64,000 bases of DNA from the NCBI RefSeq assembly GCF_058153355.1, contig NZ_CM177019.1; one strand, 5' to 3'. Positions 52,227 to 63,779 of the stretch are shown in pieces. The translations under genes were made by a program, and so were the position numbers. The notes beneath the pieces were generated by a model. The model saw nothing but the letters and a program-made list of their open reading frames with translations. It ran no database searches and was not told where the DNA came from. Position 1 is the first letter of the stretch; the number at the start of each line of letters is the position of its first letter.

Positions 52227-53915
52227 ATGACATGTATGAAAATTACATCTAACAATGTAACTGCGGTCATCAACGGAAAAGGTTGGCATTCCATTAACTG
52301 GAAGAAATGCCATCAACACGTTAAAACCATACAGACAAGAATCGCAAAGGCGGCATGTAACCAGCAATGGCGTACAGTCGGTAGATTGCAACGATTGCTG
52401 GTTCGCTCATTCAGCGCCAGAGCACTGGCGGTGAAACGAGTTACGGAAAATAGCGGGCGTAAAACCCCCGGAGTTGATGGTCAAATCTGGAGTACTCCAG
52501 AATCAAAATGGGAAGCGATATTCAAACTCAGGCGAAAAGGGTACAAGCCCCTACCGCTAAAAAGAGTTTTTATACCCAAATCTAATGGCAAGAAAAGACC
52601 ATTAGGAATCCCCGTCATGCTTGACAGGGCAATGCAGGCCCTGCATCTGCTGGGATTGGAGCCTGTATCGGAAACTAATGCAGATCACAACAGTTATGGT
52701 TTCAGACCAGCGCGATGTACGGCTGACGCCATTCAACAGGTATGTAATATGTATAGTTCCCGGAACGCCTCGAAATGGGTTCTGGAAGGCGATATTAAAG
52801 GATGCTTTGAACACATTAGCCACGAGTGGCTGCTTGAAAATATTCCTATGGACAAGCAAATACTCCGTAATTGGTTGAAAGCCGGGATCATCGAAAAAAG
52901 CATATTCAGCAAAACTCTCTCGGGTACACCCCAGGGAGGAATCATATCTCCAGTTCTGGCAAACATGGCCCTGGATGGACTGGAAAGACTGCTGCAAAAT
53001 CGCTTTGGTCCGAAACGCTCAAAAACATTCAGGAAACATCAGGTTCACTTCGTCCGGTATGCTGATGATTTCATCATTTCCGGAAAGTCGAAAGAACTTC
53101 TGGAGGAGAATGTTCTTCCGTTGGTGAAATCATTTCTTGCAGAAAGAGGGCTGACGTTATCCGAAGAGAAAACGGTCATCACTCACATTACTGACGGATT
53201 TGATTTCCTTGGGCAGCACGTCCGACGCTTCGGTAGAAAACTCATAATCAGACCAGCCAAGAAAAACGTTAAACAATTTCTTAGCAAGATCAGAGAGACT
53301 ATTGAAGGTAACCGAACGGTTCCTGCATGGGTGCTAATAAATCTGCTTAATCCAATCATCACCGGGTGGGCAAACTATCACCAACATGTAGCATCGGCAG
53401 AGACATTTAACTATGTCGACAACCAAATCTGGCGCAAAATCTGGCAGTGGTGCAGAAGGAGACATCCCGGCAAAGGCCGGAGATGGATCTTCCGAAAGTA
53501 CCACACGACAATAAAAATGTGTCATGGTCGATTTTATGGAGTCGATCCGGAGGGTAGGAAATATGTTCTGTCCCGGGCCAGCGACATCCATATTAATCGC
53601 TATATAAAAATAAAGGGAACGGCAAATCCATATGATCCCGAGTGGGAAACATACTTCGAAAGAAGGCTGGACTACTCATGGAAGAAATCCCAACAGGGGC
53701 AGAAAAGGATTCTCGCTATATGGAAAAGGCAAGGATCGCGCTGCCCTTTATGTGAGCAACCGATTAATCGCGATACAGGATGGAATGTTCATCATTTGCT
53801 CAAGAAATCTCTTGGCGGTAGCGATGATGTGAGCAATTTAGTCCTACTCCATCCCAACTGCCATCGACAACTACATAGTAATGACGCTGGTCTCCCACAA
53901 GGTGGAGGCTTATAA
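52227..53915 (+). CDS. group II intron-encoded protein (reverse transcriptase / maturase / HNH endonuclease)
   Basis: RT motifs including FRPARCTADA and YADDFIISG (YADD); maturase X region; C-terminal HNH (CPLCEQPI..WNVHHLLKKSLGG..HPNCHRQLH). Start uncertain: frame opens at GTG 52173, first ATG 52227, alternative 52236. Confidence 0.85.
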   Translation: MTCMKITSNNVTAVINGKGWHSINWKKCHQHVKTIQTRIAKAACNQQWRTVGRLQRLLVRSFSARALAVKRVTENSGRKTPGVDGQIWSTPESKWEAIFKLRRKGYKPLPLKRVFIPKSNGKKRPLGIPVMLDRAMQALHLLGLEPVSETNADHNSYGFRPARCTADAIQQVCNMYSSRNASKWVLEGDIKGCFEHISHEWLLENIPMDKQILRNWLKAGIIEKSIFSKTLSGTPQGGIISPVLANMALDGLERLLQNRFGPKRSKTFRKHQVHFVRYADDFIISGKSKELLEENVLPLVKSFLAERGLTLSEEKTVITHITDGFDFLGQHVRRFGRKLIIRPAKKNVKQFLSKIRETIEGNRTVPAWVLINLLNPIITGWANYHQHVASAETFNYVDNQIWRKIWQWCRRRHPGKGRRWIFRKYHTTIKMCHGRFYGVDPEGRKYVLSRASDIHINRYIKIKGTANPYDPEWETYFERRLDYSWKKSQQGQKRILAIWKRQGSRCPLCEQPINRDTGWNVHHLLKKSLGGSDDVSNLVLLHPNCHRQLHSNDAGLPQGGGL

Positions 53916-53921
53916 AGGCTT

Positions 53922-53955
53922 GAGCGGTATGCGGGGAAACTCGCACGTACCGTTC
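53922..53955 (+). ncRNA. group II intron domain V (catalytic hairpin)
   Basis: GAGCGGTATGCGGGGAAACTCGCACGTACCGTTC: 34-nt hairpin with AGC catalytic triad and conserved bulge, 7 nt after the IEP stop. Confidence 0.8.
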
Positions 53956-54209
53956 TTAGGGGGCGGCGAGACAGTAATGAATCGCTGCTACCCGACTCTG
54001 CGTACGCAATCAAAATCCCCAGCCAATACAACATTTAACACCATCATATTTTCCATCATTAGTGTGATCAGCTGGTTATTTTCTGTTGTAATAGTGTATT
54101 AATCTATTCACCGCATCAATATTAAGAATCTCTGACAGATGTAAACTTTTTCGCGCGTTATCCCTTACGCGTTCATACTTTTCAGGATGGTATTGGAAGG
54201 TTAATAAAT

Positions 54210-55679
54210 ATGAATACAACAACACCCATGGGGATGCTGCAGCAACCTCGCCCATTTTTCATGATCTTTTTTGTCGAGTTATGGGAGCGATTCGGCTACT
54301 ACGGCGTGCAGGGCGTACTGGCGGTTTTCTTCGTTAAACAGCTTGGATTCTCGCAAGAGCAGGCTTTTGTCACTTTTGGTGCGTTTGCTGCGCTGGTCTA
54401 TGGCCTCATTTCCATTGGCGGCTATGTCGGCGACCACCTGCTGGGGACCAAACGCACCATTGTTCTCGGAGCACTTGTGCTGGCGATTGGCTACTTCATG
54501 ACCGGCATGTCGCTACTTAAGCCTGACCTGATTTTCATCGCCCTGGGGACTATCGCTGTCGGTAACGGCCTGTTTAAAGCTAACCCTGCCAGCTTGCTTT
54601 CGAAGTGCTATCCACCGAAAGATCCGCGGCTTGATGGCGCATTCACCCTGTTCTATATGTCGATCAATATCGGCTCGTTGATAGCGTTATCATTGGCCCC
54701 TGTGATCGCTGATAGATTCGGCTATTCAGTCACCTACAACCTGTGCGGTGCGGGGTTAATTATCGCGCTATTGGTTTACATCGCCTGTCGTGGAATGGTG
54801 AAAAACATTGGTTCTGAACCCGACTTCAAGCCGATGAGCTTCAGCAAACTGTTGTACGTATTACTTGGCAGCGTGGTGATGATCTTCGTCTGTGCATGGC
54901 TGATGCACAACGTAGAAGTCGCCAATCTGGTGCTGATTGTTCTCTCCATCATCGTCACCATCATCTTCTTTCGTCAGGCATTCAAGCTGGATAAAACCGG
55001 GCGCAATAAAATGTTTGTTGCCTTTGTCCTGATGCTCGAAGCGGTGGTGTTTTACATTCTCTACGCCCAGATGCCAACGTCGCTGAACTTCTTTGCCATC
55101 AACAACGTGCATCATGAAATTCTCGGCTTTTCCATCAACCCGGTCAGCTTCCAGGCGCTTAACCCGTTCTGGGTGGTACTCGCCAGCCCAATACTGGCAG
55201 GTATCTACACGCATTTGGGTAACAAAGGCAAAGACCTCTCGATGCCGATGAAATTTACTCTCGGTATGTTTATGTGCTCGCTGGGCTTTTTGACGGCTGC
55301 AGCTGCGGGAATGTGGTTTGCTGATGCACAAGGGCTGACATCGCCATGGTTTATCGTGCTGGTTTACTTATTCCAGAGTTTAGGTGAACTGTTTATTAGT
55401 GCCCTTGGCCTGGCGATGATTGCTGCCCTGGTGCCGCAGCATTTGATGGGCTTTATTCTCGGGATGTGGTTCCTGACGCAGGCTGCCGCGTTCTTGCTGG
55501 GCGGCTATGTGGCAACATTTACCGCAGTACCAGACAACATTACCGATCCGCTTGAGACGTTGCCCGTCTATACCAGCGTGTTTGGTAAAATTGGCCTGGT
55601 TACGCTGGGCGTTGCAGTAGTGATGCTGTTGATGGTGCCGTGGCTGAAACGCATGATTGAGACGCCGGAAAGCCATTAA
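54210..55679 (+). CDS. dtpB: dipeptide/tripeptide:proton symporter (POT family)
   Basis: 489-aa [35 protein letters not shown] (ExxERFxYY POT motif). Confidence 0.9.
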   Translation: MNTTTPMGMLQQPRPFFMIFFVELWERFGYYGVQGVLAVFFVKQLGFSQEQAFVTFGAFAALVYGLISIGGYVGDHLLGTKRTIVLGALVLAIGYFMTGMSLLKPDLIFIALGTIAVGNGLFKANPASLLSKCYPPKDPRLDGAFTLFYMSINIGSLIALSLAPVIADRFGYSVTYNLCGAGLIIALLVYIACRGMVKNIGSEPDFKPMSFSKLLYVLLGSVVMIFVCAWLMHNVEVANLVLIVLSIIVTIIFFRQAFKLDKTGRNKMFVAFVLMLEAVVFYILYAQMPTSLNFFAINNVHHEILGFSINPVSFQALNPFWVVLASPILAGIYTHLGNKGKDLSMPMKFTLGMFMCSLGFLTAAAAGMWFADAQGLTSPWFIVLVYLFQSLGELFISALGLAMIAALVPQHLMGFILGMWFLTQAAAFLLGGYVATFTAVPDNITDPLETLPVYTSVFGKIGLVTLGVAVVMLLMVPWLKRMIETPESH

Positions 55680-55727
55680 TTATTCTTGCAGAACACAGGG
55701 TAGCAATAACACTACCCTGCTTTACTT

Positions 55728-56480
55728 TCACACCGGCGTACCTGCATAAATATCAAAGCGATGCCCTTTGGTGACAACCGCGTTTGGCGTGGCGACATTC
55801 GCCAGCGGCGGCGCGTAGTCCGGGCGCTTTACCACCACGCGTTTGGTCGCCAGCAAGCGTGCAGGCTCCAGCAACCCATCAGCGTCGAGATCCGGCCCCA
55901 CCAGCGACTGGAACACGCGCATCTCTTTTTTTACCAGCGCGCTTTTCTGCTTATGCGGGAACATCGGGTCGAGATAGACCACCTGCGGGCGGGGGGTAAT
56001 ATCAGTCAGCGCCGTCAGGCTGGAGGCGTGGATTAACTGTAAACGCTCCTGCAACCAGCCGCCGATTTCCGCATCCGCATAACCACGCGCCAGGCCGTCG
56101 TCAAGCAGCGCGGCAACGACTGGATTACGCTCCAGCATCCGCACACGACAGCCGACCGAAGCCAGCACAAAGGCATCGCGCCCCAGTCCTGCGGTAGCGT
56201 CCACCACGTCCGGGAGATAATCGCCTTTAATGCCCACCGCTTTCGCCACCGCCTCACCGCGTCCACCGCCAAATTTGCGACGGTGCGCCATCGTTCCGCC
56301 AACAAAATCAACAAAGATGCCGCCAAGTTTTGGCTCATCGCGCTTACGCAATTCAAGATGCTCCGGCGTTAACACCAGCGCCATCAGGTTGTCTTCATCA
56401 TGTTCCAGCCCCCAGCGAGCCGCCAGAACAGATAAGGCACCGTCTCCGGTGCCTGTTTCATCAATTAAGCAGATTTTCAC
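55728..56480 (-). CDS. rsmJ: 16S rRNA m2G1516 methyltransferase
   Basis: Start set at GTG 56478-56480 ([14 protein letters not shown]), 250 aa, 7 nt after prlC stop. Confidence 0.8.
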   Translation of the reverse strand: MKICLIDETGTGDGALSVLAARWGLEHDEDNLMALVLTPEHLELRKRDEPKLGGIFVDFVGGTMAHRRKFGGGRGEAVAKAVGIKGDYLPDVVDATAGLGRDAFVLASVGCRVRMLERNPVVAALLDDGLARGYADAEIGGWLQERLQLIHASSLTALTDITPRPQVVYLDPMFPHKQKSALVKKEMRVFQSLVGPDLDADGLLEPARLLATKRVVVKRPDYAPPLANVATPNAVVTKGHRFDIYAGTPV

Positions 56481-56487
56481 TGAATGA

Positions 56488-58530
56488 TCAGCCCTTAATG
56501 CCGTAGTGCTCCAGCATCGCATCCAGTTGCGGTTCACGACCACGGAAGCGTTTGAACAGATCCATCGGCTCTTCTGAACCACCACGGCTCAGAATGTTGT
56601 CGAGGAACGACTGTCCGGTTTCACGGTTGAAAATGCCCTCTTCCTCAAAACGCGAGAAGGCATCTGCCGCCAGCACATCAGCCCACAGGTAGCTGTAGTA
56701 ACCTGCCGCATAACCACCAGCAAAGATGTGGCTAAATGCATGTGGGAAGCGGCCCCAGGACGGAGACGGTACCACGGCAACCAGTTTCTTGATTTCTGCC
56801 AGAGTTTCGAGGATTTTCGCCCCCTGATCCGGACGGAATTCTGCATGTAGACGGAAATCGAACAGGCCGAACTCCAGCTGACGCAGAATAAACAGCGCCG
56901 CCTGGTAGTTCTTCGCCGCCAGCATTTTATCCAACAGTTCTTTCGGCAGCGGTTCGCCAGTCTCATAGTGACCGGAGATAAACGCCAGCGCCTCCGGCTC
57001 CCAGCACCAGTTTTCCATAAACTGGCTCGGCAGTTCGACCGCATCCCACGGTACCCCGCTGATCCCGGATACACCGGCGGTTTCAATGCGGGTCAGCATA
57101 TGATGCAGACCATGACCGAACTCGTGGAACAGCGTGATTACTTCGTCATGCGTAAACAGCGCCGGTTTACCATTCACCGGGCGGTTGAAGTTACAGGTCA
57201 GATACGCGACCGGTTTTTGCAGCGAACCGTCGGCTTTACGCATCTGGCCTACGCAGTCATCCATCCACGCCCCGCCGCGCTTGTTTTCACGGGCATACAG
57301 GTCGAGGTAGAAGCTGCCGCGCAGTTCGTTGTTCTCGTCATACAGTTCGAAGAAACGGACATCCGGATGCCAGACATCAACATCTTTGCGCTCTTTGGCT
57401 GTGATGCCGTAAATACGTTTCACCACTTCAAACAAGCCGTTAACCGCTTTGTTTTCCGGGAAGTACGGACGCAGTTGTTCGTCGCTGATGCTGTAGAGGT
57501 GCTGTTTTTGTTTTTCGCTGTAGTACGCAATATCCCACGGCTGCAACTCATCGACGTCAAATTCGGCTTTGGCGAAGGCGCGCAGTTGCGCCAGCTCTTT
57601 TTCGCCCTGCGGACGTGCGCGTTTTGCCAGATCGGTTAAGAAATCAAGCACCTGCTGCGGGTTCTCCGCCATTTTGGTAGCCAGAGATTTAAAGGCGTAG
57701 TTTTCAAAGCCCAGCAGTTGCGCCAGTTCGTGACGCAGAGCGAGGATCTCTTCCATCACCTTGCTATTGTCCCACTTACCGGCGTTCGGGCCTTGATCGG
57801 AAGCGCGGGTGCTGTAAGCGCGATACATCTCTTCACGCAAGGCCTGGTTGTCGCAGTAGGTCATTACCGGCAAATAGCTTGGGATATCCAGCGTCAGCAA
57901 GTAGCCTTCCAGTTCTTTCGCTTCGGCCTGGGCTTTTGCCGCCGCCAGCGCGCTTTCTGGCATACCCGCCAGTTCCGCTTCGTCGGTAACGAGTTTGGTC
58001 CAGCCCATCGTCGCATCAAGGACGTTGTTGCTGTACTGGTTGCCCAGTTCGGAAAGACGGGTAGCAATTTCGCCGTAGCGTTGCTGTTTCTCTTTCGGCA
58101 GACCGATGCCAGAGAGTTCAAAATCACGCAGGGCGTTATCAACCGCTTTCTTCTGCGCCGTATTCAGCGTGGCGTAATGATCGCCATCGCGCAGATCGCG
58201 GTACGCTTTATACAGCCCTTCATGTTGCCCTACCCAGGTGCTGTATTCCGACAGCAGTGGCAGGGTTTGTTCGTAGGCTTCACGCAGTTCCGGGCTATTT
58301 TTCACCGAGTTCAGGTGGCTGACCGGGGAGAAGATACGCCCCAACACATCGTCCACTTCCGCCAGCGGCTGGCAGAGATTTTCCCAGGTGTACGGTGCCC
58401 CTTGCGCTACTACGCGCTCCACATTTTCACGGCAGTCATTCAATGCCTTCGTCACGGCTGGAACCACATGTTCCGGGAGAATTTTAGAAAACGGAGGCAA
58501 TTCAAAGGGAGTCAGTAACGGATTCGTCAT
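56488..58530 (-). CDS. prlC: oligopeptidase A (M3 family)
   Basis: Start set at [14 protein letters not shown] (ATG 58528-58530), 680 aa, HEFGH zinc motif. Confidence 0.9.
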   Translation of the reverse strand: MTNPLLTPFELPPFSKILPEHVVPAVTKALNDCRENVERVVAQGAPYTWENLCQPLAEVDDVLGRIFSPVSHLNSVKNSPELREAYEQTLPLLSEYSTWVGQHEGLYKAYRDLRDGDHYATLNTAQKKAVDNALRDFELSGIGLPKEKQQRYGEIATRLSELGNQYSNNVLDATMGWTKLVTDEAELAGMPESALAAAKAQAEAKELEGYLLTLDIPSYLPVMTYCDNQALREEMYRAYSTRASDQGPNAGKWDNSKVMEEILALRHELAQLLGFENYAFKSLATKMAENPQQVLDFLTDLAKRARPQGEKELAQLRAFAKAEFDVDELQPWDIAYYSEKQKQHLYSISDEQLRPYFPENKAVNGLFEVVKRIYGITAKERKDVDVWHPDVRFFELYDENNELRGSFYLDLYARENKRGGAWMDDCVGQMRKADGSLQKPVAYLTCNFNRPVNGKPALFTHDEVITLFHEFGHGLHHMLTRIETAGVSGISGVPWDAVELPSQFMENWCWEPEALAFISGHYETGEPLPKELLDKMLAAKNYQAALFILRQLEFGLFDFRLHAEFRPDQGAKILETLAEIKKLVAVVPSPSWGRFPHAFSHIFAGGYAAGYYSYLWADVLAADAFSRFEEEGIFNRETGQSFLDNILSRGGSEEPMDLFKRFRGREPQLDAMLEHYGIKG

Positions 58531-58732
58531 TAGCGCAGTCCTGGTTAAAGAGGTTAAGGAAGCGCTCAACAGGCGCTTTACATAATGTGTGTAGCATGGG
58601 GTTAAGTGTAGTGAATTTCAATGAGAAACGTTACGCTTTCGCGGCAACGGCCTCTTTTCGGTATACTGTCCTGATAGGCTTTTGTGCGCCCCGAATACGG
58701 GCCGATTTTTACTTACCGGAACACCTTTACCC

Positions 58733-59575
58733 ATGCTCAGTTATCGCCACAGCTTTCACGCTGGCAACCACGCCGACGTTCTTAAACATACCGTTCAGAG
58801 CCTGATCATCGAGTCACTGAAAGAGAAAGATAAACCGTTTCTCTATCTGGATACCCACGCGGGTGCGGGGCGTTATCAGTTAGGCAGTGAACATGCCGAG
58901 CGTACCGGCGAATATCTCGAAGGTATCGCCCGTATCTGGCAGCAGGACGATCTGCCTGCGGAGCTGGAACCGTACATCAGCGTGGTGGAACATTTTAACC
59001 GTAGCGGGCAGTTACGTTACTACCCAGGTTCGCCGTTGATTGCTCGCCAGCTACTGCGCGAGCAGGACAGTCTGCAACTGACCGAGCTGCACCCGAGCGA
59101 TTTCCCGTTGCTGCGTGCTGAATTTCAGAAAGACAGCCGTGCGCGCGTGGAAAAAGCCGACGGTTTCCAGCAGCTTAAAGCCAAGCTGCCGCCGGTTTCT
59201 CGCCGTGGTTTAATCCTTATCGACCCGCCGTATGAAATGAAAACCGACTATCAGGCGGTGGTCAGCGGCATTAACGAGGGGTATAAACGTTTTGCCACAG
59301 GCGTCTACGCGCTGTGGTATCCAGTGGTGCTGCGTCAGCAAATCAAGCGCATGATCCACGATCTGGAAGCGACCGGTATTCGCAAGATTATGCAAATTGA
59401 ACTGGCGGTATTGCCAGACAGCGATCGCCGTGGCATGACCGCTTCCGGCATGATTGTGATTAACCCGCCGTGGAAGCTGGAACAGCAGATGAATAACGTG
59501 TTGCCGTGGTTGCATAGCAAACTGGTTCCGGCTGGCACCGGGCATGCCACCGTAAGCTGGATCGTGCCAGAGTAA
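58733..59575 (+). CDS. rlmJ: 23S rRNA m6A2030 methyltransferase
   Basis: Start set at MLSYRHSFHAGNHADVLKH (ATG 58733), 280 aa, DPPY motif (LIDPPYE). Confidence 0.85.
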   Translation: MLSYRHSFHAGNHADVLKHTVQSLIIESLKEKDKPFLYLDTHAGAGRYQLGSEHAERTGEYLEGIARIWQQDDLPAELEPYISVVEHFNRSGQLRYYPGSPLIARQLLREQDSLQLTELHPSDFPLLRAEFQKDSRARVEKADGFQQLKAKLPPVSRRGLILIDPPYEMKTDYQAVVSGINEGYKRFATGVYALWYPVVLRQQIKRMIHDLEATGIRKIMQIELAVLPDSDRRGMTASGMIVINPPWKLEQQMNNVLPWLHSKLVPAGTGHATVSWIVPE

Positions 59576-59646
59576 TTGCAGCCATTGCTGGCACCTATTA
59601 CGTCTCGCGCTACAATCGCGGTAATCAACGATAAGGACAATATGTC

Positions 59647-60999
59647 ATGACTAAACACTATGATTACATCGCCATCGGCGGCGGCAGCGGCGGTATCGCC
59701 TCCATCAACCGCGCGGCTATGTACGGTCAGAAATGCGCGCTGATTGAAGCCAAAGAACTGGGCGGCACCTGCGTGAATGTTGGCTGCGTGCCGAAAAAAG
59801 TGATGTGGCACGCGGCGCAAATCCGTGAAGCGATCCACATGTACGGCCCGGATTATGGTTTCGATACCACCATCAATAAGTTCAACTGGGAAACGTTGAT
59901 CGCCAGCCGTACCGCCTATATCGACCGTATTCATACCTCCTATGAAAACGTGCTCAGTAAAAATAACGTTGATGTAATCAAAGGCTTTGCCCGCTTCGTT
60001 GATGCCAAAACCATTGAAGTAAACGGCGAAACCATCACGGCCGATCATATCCTGATCGCCACCGGCGGTCGCCCGAGCCACCCGGATATTCCGGGCGTGG
60101 AATACGGTATTGATTCCGATGGCTTCTTCGCCCTTCCTGCTTTGCCAGAGCGTGTAGCGGTTGTTGGCGCGGGTTACATCGCCGTTGAACTGGCGGGTGT
60201 GATTAACGGCCTCGGCGCAAAGACGCATCTGTTTGTTCGTAAACATGCGCCGCTGCGCAGCTTCGACCCGATGATCTCTGAAACGCTGGTCGAAGTGATG
60301 AACGCCGAAGGTCCGCAGTTGCACACCAACGCCATCCCGAAAGCGGTCGTGAAAAATGCTGATGGCAGCCTGACGCTGGAGCTGGAAGATGGTCGCAGTG
60401 AAACGGTGGATTGCCTGATTTGGGCGATTGGTCGTGAGCCTGCCAATGACAACATTAACCTCGAAGCCGCTGGCGTAAAAACCAACGAAAAAGGCTATAT
60501 CGTCGTCGATAAATATCAAAATACCAGCGTTGAAGGTATTTACGCGGTGGGCGATAACACGGGCGCAGTGGAACTGACACCGGTGGCAGTTGCAGCAGGC
60601 CGCCGCCTCTCTGAACGCCTGTTTAATAACAAGCCGGATGAGCATCTGGATTACAGCAATATTCCGACCGTGGTCTTCAGCCATCCGCCGATTGGGACTG
60701 TTGGTTTAACGGAACCGCAGGCGCGCGAGCAATACGGCGACGATCAGGTGAAAGTGTATAAATCCTCTTTCACCGCGATGTATACCGCCGTCACCACTCA
60801 CCGCCAGCCGTGCCGCATGAAGCTGGTGTGCGTTGGACCGGAAGAGAAGATTGTCGGTATTCATGGCATTGGCTTTGGTATGGATGAAATGTTGCAGGGC
60901 TTCGCGGTGGCGCTGAAGATGGGCGCAACCAAAAAAGACTTCGACAATACCGTCGCCATTCACCCAACGGCGGCAGAAGAGTTCGTTACCATGCGTTAA
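59647..60999 (+). CDS. gor: glutathione reductase
   Basis: 450-aa ORF, FAD fold GGGSGG and redox-active [13 protein letters not shown]. Confidence 0.95.
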   Translation: MTKHYDYIAIGGGSGGIASINRAAMYGQKCALIEAKELGGTCVNVGCVPKKVMWHAAQIREAIHMYGPDYGFDTTINKFNWETLIASRTAYIDRIHTSYENVLSKNNVDVIKGFARFVDAKTIEVNGETITADHILIATGGRPSHPDIPGVEYGIDSDGFFALPALPERVAVVGAGYIAVELAGVINGLGAKTHLFVRKHAPLRSFDPMISETLVEVMNAEGPQLHTNAIPKAVVKNADGSLTLELEDGRSETVDCLIWAIGREPANDNINLEAAGVKTNEKGYIVVDKYQNTSVEGIYAVGDNTGAVELTPVAVAAGRRLSERLFNNKPDEHLDYSNIPTVVFSHPPIGTVGLTEPQAREQYGDDQVKVYKSSFTAMYTAVTTHRQPCRMKLVCVGPEEKIVGIHGIGFGMDEMLQGFAVALKMGATKKDFDNTVAIHPTAAEEFVTMR

Positions 61000-61005
61000 A
61001 TGTTA

Positions 61006-61036
61006 AAGGGCAAAGAGTGGTGTGCTCTTTGCCCTT
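61006..61036. terminator. bidirectional terminator shared by convergent gor and dinQ
   Basis: AAGGGCAAAGAG-TGGTGTG-CTCTTTGCCCTT hairpin 7 nt after gor stop. Confidence 0.6.
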
Positions 61037-61052
61037 AGTTACGTTTCCGCTA

Positions 61053-61169
61053 TCAGTTCAGAAGCTGAAGCAAGAAGCGGATCAGTTCCAGCAGCGCAAT
61101 TAACGCCCCAAGAACGATGATTGCTTTATCAATCACCCGTTTTCTCCATGCGATGGAGTGAGAATGCAT
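61053..61169 (-). CDS. dinQ: DinQ type I toxin peptide (27-aa form from GTG 61136; longest frame 38 aa from ATG 61169)
   Basis: Minus-strand frame MHSHSIAWRKR-VIDKAIIVLGALIALLELIRFLLQLLN; single hydrophobic helix; LexA box upstream. Confidence 0.6.
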   Translation of the reverse strand: MHSHSIAWRKRVIDKAIIVLGALIALLELIRFLLQLLN

Positions 61170-61204
61170 CCGCTTACTCATCCACTGCCTGTCACGGCGC
61201 ATGC

Positions 61205-61290
61205 CTCATTGTTAGATGTGGGCAATCTCACTCCGGCCAGAGCATCAGTTAACGGCACCACCCGTACCACTGATCAGGTCTTTGAAAGCG
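61205..61290 (+). ncRNA. agrA-like antisense sRNA repeat unit (bounds approximate)
   Basis: Unit GTTAGATGTGGGCAATCTCACTCCGGCCAGAGC at 61211-61243; near-repeat of unit at 61410-61442 and related to the dinQ 5' region. Confidence 0.4.
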
Positions 61291-61329
61291 TTTATGCGCA
61301 TTACCAGAGTGAAAATGCCTCAGAGCTAA

Positions 61330-61345
61330 CTGGATAATCATACAG
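61330..61345. promoter_or_regulatory. LexA box (SOS operator) in dinQ promoter
   Basis: CTGGATAATCATACAG matches CTGT-N8-ACAG consensus at 15 of 16 positions. Confidence 0.65.
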
Positions 61346-61399
61346 TGTAATTAGGCTAAATAACCAGCATAACCTTGCAATGTCTCTTTTAAGGTAATA

Positions 61400-61491
61400 G
61401 CATGGAAAAGTTAGATGTGGGCATTCTCACTCCAGCCAGAGCCACCAACTCAGGCCTGGAAAGTAAAAGACCGACGTAAGTCGGTTTTTTT
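61400..61491 (+). ncRNA. agrB-like antisense sRNA with intrinsic terminator (bounds approximate)
   Basis: Unit GTTAGATGTGGGCATTCTCACTCCAGCCAGAGC at 61410-61442, then hairpin GACCGACGTAAGTCGGT plus TTTTTTT (61469-61491) on plus strand. Confidence 0.45.
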
Positions 61492-61643
61492 ACATCCGGA
61501 TTCAGACCTCCTTTCAAATGAATACCCAACTCAAAATTCACACCTATTACCTTCCTCTGCACTTACACATTCGTTAAAACATATATGTTTTTGACTTATC
61601 CGCTTCGAAGAGAGACACTACCTGCAACAATCAGGAGCGCAAT

Positions 61644-61997
61644 ATGTCATTTCTGTTACCCATCCAATTGTTCAAAATTCTTGCCGATGAAACCCGTCTG
61701 GGCATCGTTTTACTGCTCAGCGAACTGGGAGAGTTATGCGTCTGCGATCTCTGCACTGCCCTCGATCAGTCGCAGCCCAAGATCTCCCGCCATCTGGCAT
61801 TACTGCGTGAAAGTGGGCTATTGCTGGACCGCAAGCAAGGAAAGTGGGTTCATTACCGTTTATCGCCGCATATTCCAACATGGGCGGCGAAAATTATTGA
61901 GCAGGCCTGGCGATGCGAACAGGTAAAGGTTCAGGTGATTGTCCGTAACCTCGCCAGACAAAATTGTTCCGCAGACAGTAAGAATATTTGTAGTTAA
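61644..61997 (+). CDS. arsR: arsenical resistance operon repressor (ArsR/SmtB family)
   Basis: 117-aa ORF with ELCVCDLC metal-binding motif in wHTH. Confidence 0.9.
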   Translation: MSFLLPIQLFKILADETRLGIVLLLSELGELCVCDLCTALDQSQPKISRHLALLRESGLLLDRKQGKWVHYRLSPHIPTWAAKIIEQAWRCEQVKVQVIVRNLARQNCSADSKNICS

Positions 61998-62051
61998 AAA
62001 ATTTATCTAAACACATATGAATATTCGAATGTGTTTTATCCAGGAGGCATG

Positions 62052-63341
62052 ATGTTACTGGCGGGCGCTATCTTTGTCCTGACCATCGTATTGGTTATCT
62101 GGCAGCCGAAAGGTTTAGGTATCGGCTGGAGTGCTACGCTCGGTGCGGTACTGGCATTAATGACGGGCGTGGTCCATCCGGGCGATATTCCGGTGGTGTG
62201 GAATATCGTCTGGAACGCGACGGCTGCGTTTATAGCCGTCATTATCATCAGCTTGCTGCTGGATGAGTCCGGCTTTTTTGAATGGGCGGCGCTGCACGTC
62301 TCACGCTGGGGCAATGGGCGCGGTCGCTTGCTGTTTACCTGGATTGTCCTGCTCGGTGCTACCGTTGCGGCCCTGTTTGCCAATGATGGCGCGGCGCTTA
62401 TTTTGACGCCGATTGTCATCGCCATGCTGCTGGCTTTAGGGTTCAGCAAAGGCACTACGCTGGCGTTTGTTATGGCGGCCGGATTCATTGCCGATACCGC
62501 CAGTCTGCCGCTTATTGTCTCTAACCTGGTGAATATCGTTTCCGCAGATTTCTTTGGCCTCGGCTTTCGCGAATACGCATCGGTGATGGTGCCGGTGGAT
62601 ATCGCTGCAATACTGGCTACCCTGGTGATGTTGCATCTCTATTTCCGCAAAGATATTCCGCAGAACTACGATATGGCGCTGCTGAAATCTCCCGCAGAAG
62701 CGATTAAAGATCCTGCCACCTTCAAAACTGGCTGGGTTGTTTTACTGTTTCTGCTGGTGGGATTTTTCGTCCTGGAACCGCTCGGCATTCCGGTAAGCGC
62801 CATTGCGGCAGTGGGCGCGCTGATATTATTTGCCGTCGCTAAACGCGGTCATGCAATTAATACGGGTAAAGTGCTGCGCGGTGCGCCCTGGCAGATTGTC
62901 ATCTTCTCGCTCGGCATGTATCTGGTGGTTTATGGCCTGCGCAATGCCGGGCTAACGGAATATCTTTCTGGCGTACTCAACGTACTGGCGGAAAACGGCC
63001 TGTGGGCCGCGACGCTCGGCACCGGATTCCTCACCGCCTTCCTCTCTTCTATTATGAACAATATGCCGACGGTACTGGTTGGCGCGTTGTCCATTGATGG
63101 CAGCACGGCATCTGGTGTCATCAAAGAAGCGATGGTTTATGCCAACGTGATTGGCTGCGATTTGGGACCGAAAATTACCCCAATTGGTAGCCTGGCAACG
63201 CTGCTCTGGCTGCACGTACTTTCGCAGAAGAATATGACTATCAGCTGGGGATATTACTTCCGTACAGGGATTATCATGACCCTGCCGGTGCTGTTTGTGA
63301 CGCTCGCCGCGCTGGCGCTTCGTCTCTCTTTCACATCGTAA
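62052..63341 (+). CDS. arsB: arsenite efflux pump
   Basis: Start set at [21 protein letters not shown] (ATG 62052), 429 aa membrane protein. Confidence 0.9.
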   Translation: MLLAGAIFVLTIVLVIWQPKGLGIGWSATLGAVLALMTGVVHPGDIPVVWNIVWNATAAFIAVIIISLLLDESGFFEWAALHVSRWGNGRGRLLFTWIVLLGATVAALFANDGAALILTPIVIAMLLALGFSKGTTLAFVMAAGFIADTASLPLIVSNLVNIVSADFFGLGFREYASVMVPVDIAAILATLVMLHLYFRKDIPQNYDMALLKSPAEAIKDPATFKTGWVVLLFLLVGFFVLEPLGIPVSAIAAVGALILFAVAKRGHAINTGKVLRGAPWQIVIFSLGMYLVVYGLRNAGLTEYLSGVLNVLAENGLWAATLGTGFLTAFLSSIMNNMPTVLVGALSIDGSTASGVIKEAMVYANVIGCDLGPKITPIGSLATLLWLHVLSQKNMTISWGYYFRTGIIMTLPVLFVTLAALALRLSFTS

Positions 63342-63353
63342 TGAGATACTGAT

Positions 63354-63779
63354 ATGAGCAACATTACTATTTATCACAACCCGGCCTGCGGCACGTCGCG
63401 TAATACGCTGGAGATGATTCGCAACAGCGGTACAGAACCGACCATTATCTATTATCTGGAAACACCGCCCACACGCGATGAGCTGGTCAAACTCATTGCC
63501 GATATGGGGATTTACGTACGCGCGCTGTTGCGTAAAAACGTCGAGCCGTATGAGGAACTGGGCCTTGCAGAAGATAAATTTACTGACGATCGGTTAATCG
63601 ACTTTATGCTTCAGCACCCGATTCTGATTAATCGCCCGATTGTGGTGACGCCGCTGGGAACTCGCCTGTGCCGCCCTTCAGAAGTGGTGCTGGAAATTCT
63701 GCCAGATGCGCAACAAGGCGCGTTCACCAAGGAAGATGGCGAGAAAGTGGTTGATGAAGCGGGTAAACGGTTGAAATAA
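63354..63779 (+). CDS. arsC: arsenate reductase (glutaredoxin-coupled)
   Basis: 141-aa ORF MSNITIYHNPACGTSRNTLEMIR with catalytic Cys12 context. Confidence 0.9.
   Translation: MSNITIYHNPACGTSRNTLEMIRNSGTEPTIIYYLETPPTRDELVKLIADMGIYVRALLRKNVEPYEELGLAEDKFTDDRLIDFMLQHPILINRPIVVTPLGTRLCRPSEVVLEILPDAQQGAFTKEDGEKVVDEAGKRLK

Larger units (their letters stand above)
51638..53996 (+). mobile_element. ORF-containing group II intron (boundaries approximate)
   Basis: GUGCG at 51638-51642; candidate EBS1 TCGTAG (51952-51957) complementary to last 6 nt of upstream flank CTACGA; RT/maturase/HNH ORF in domain IV; canonical domain V at 53922-53955; domain VI with bulged A; 2359 bp insert between uspA and dtpB. 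Confidence 0.7.
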
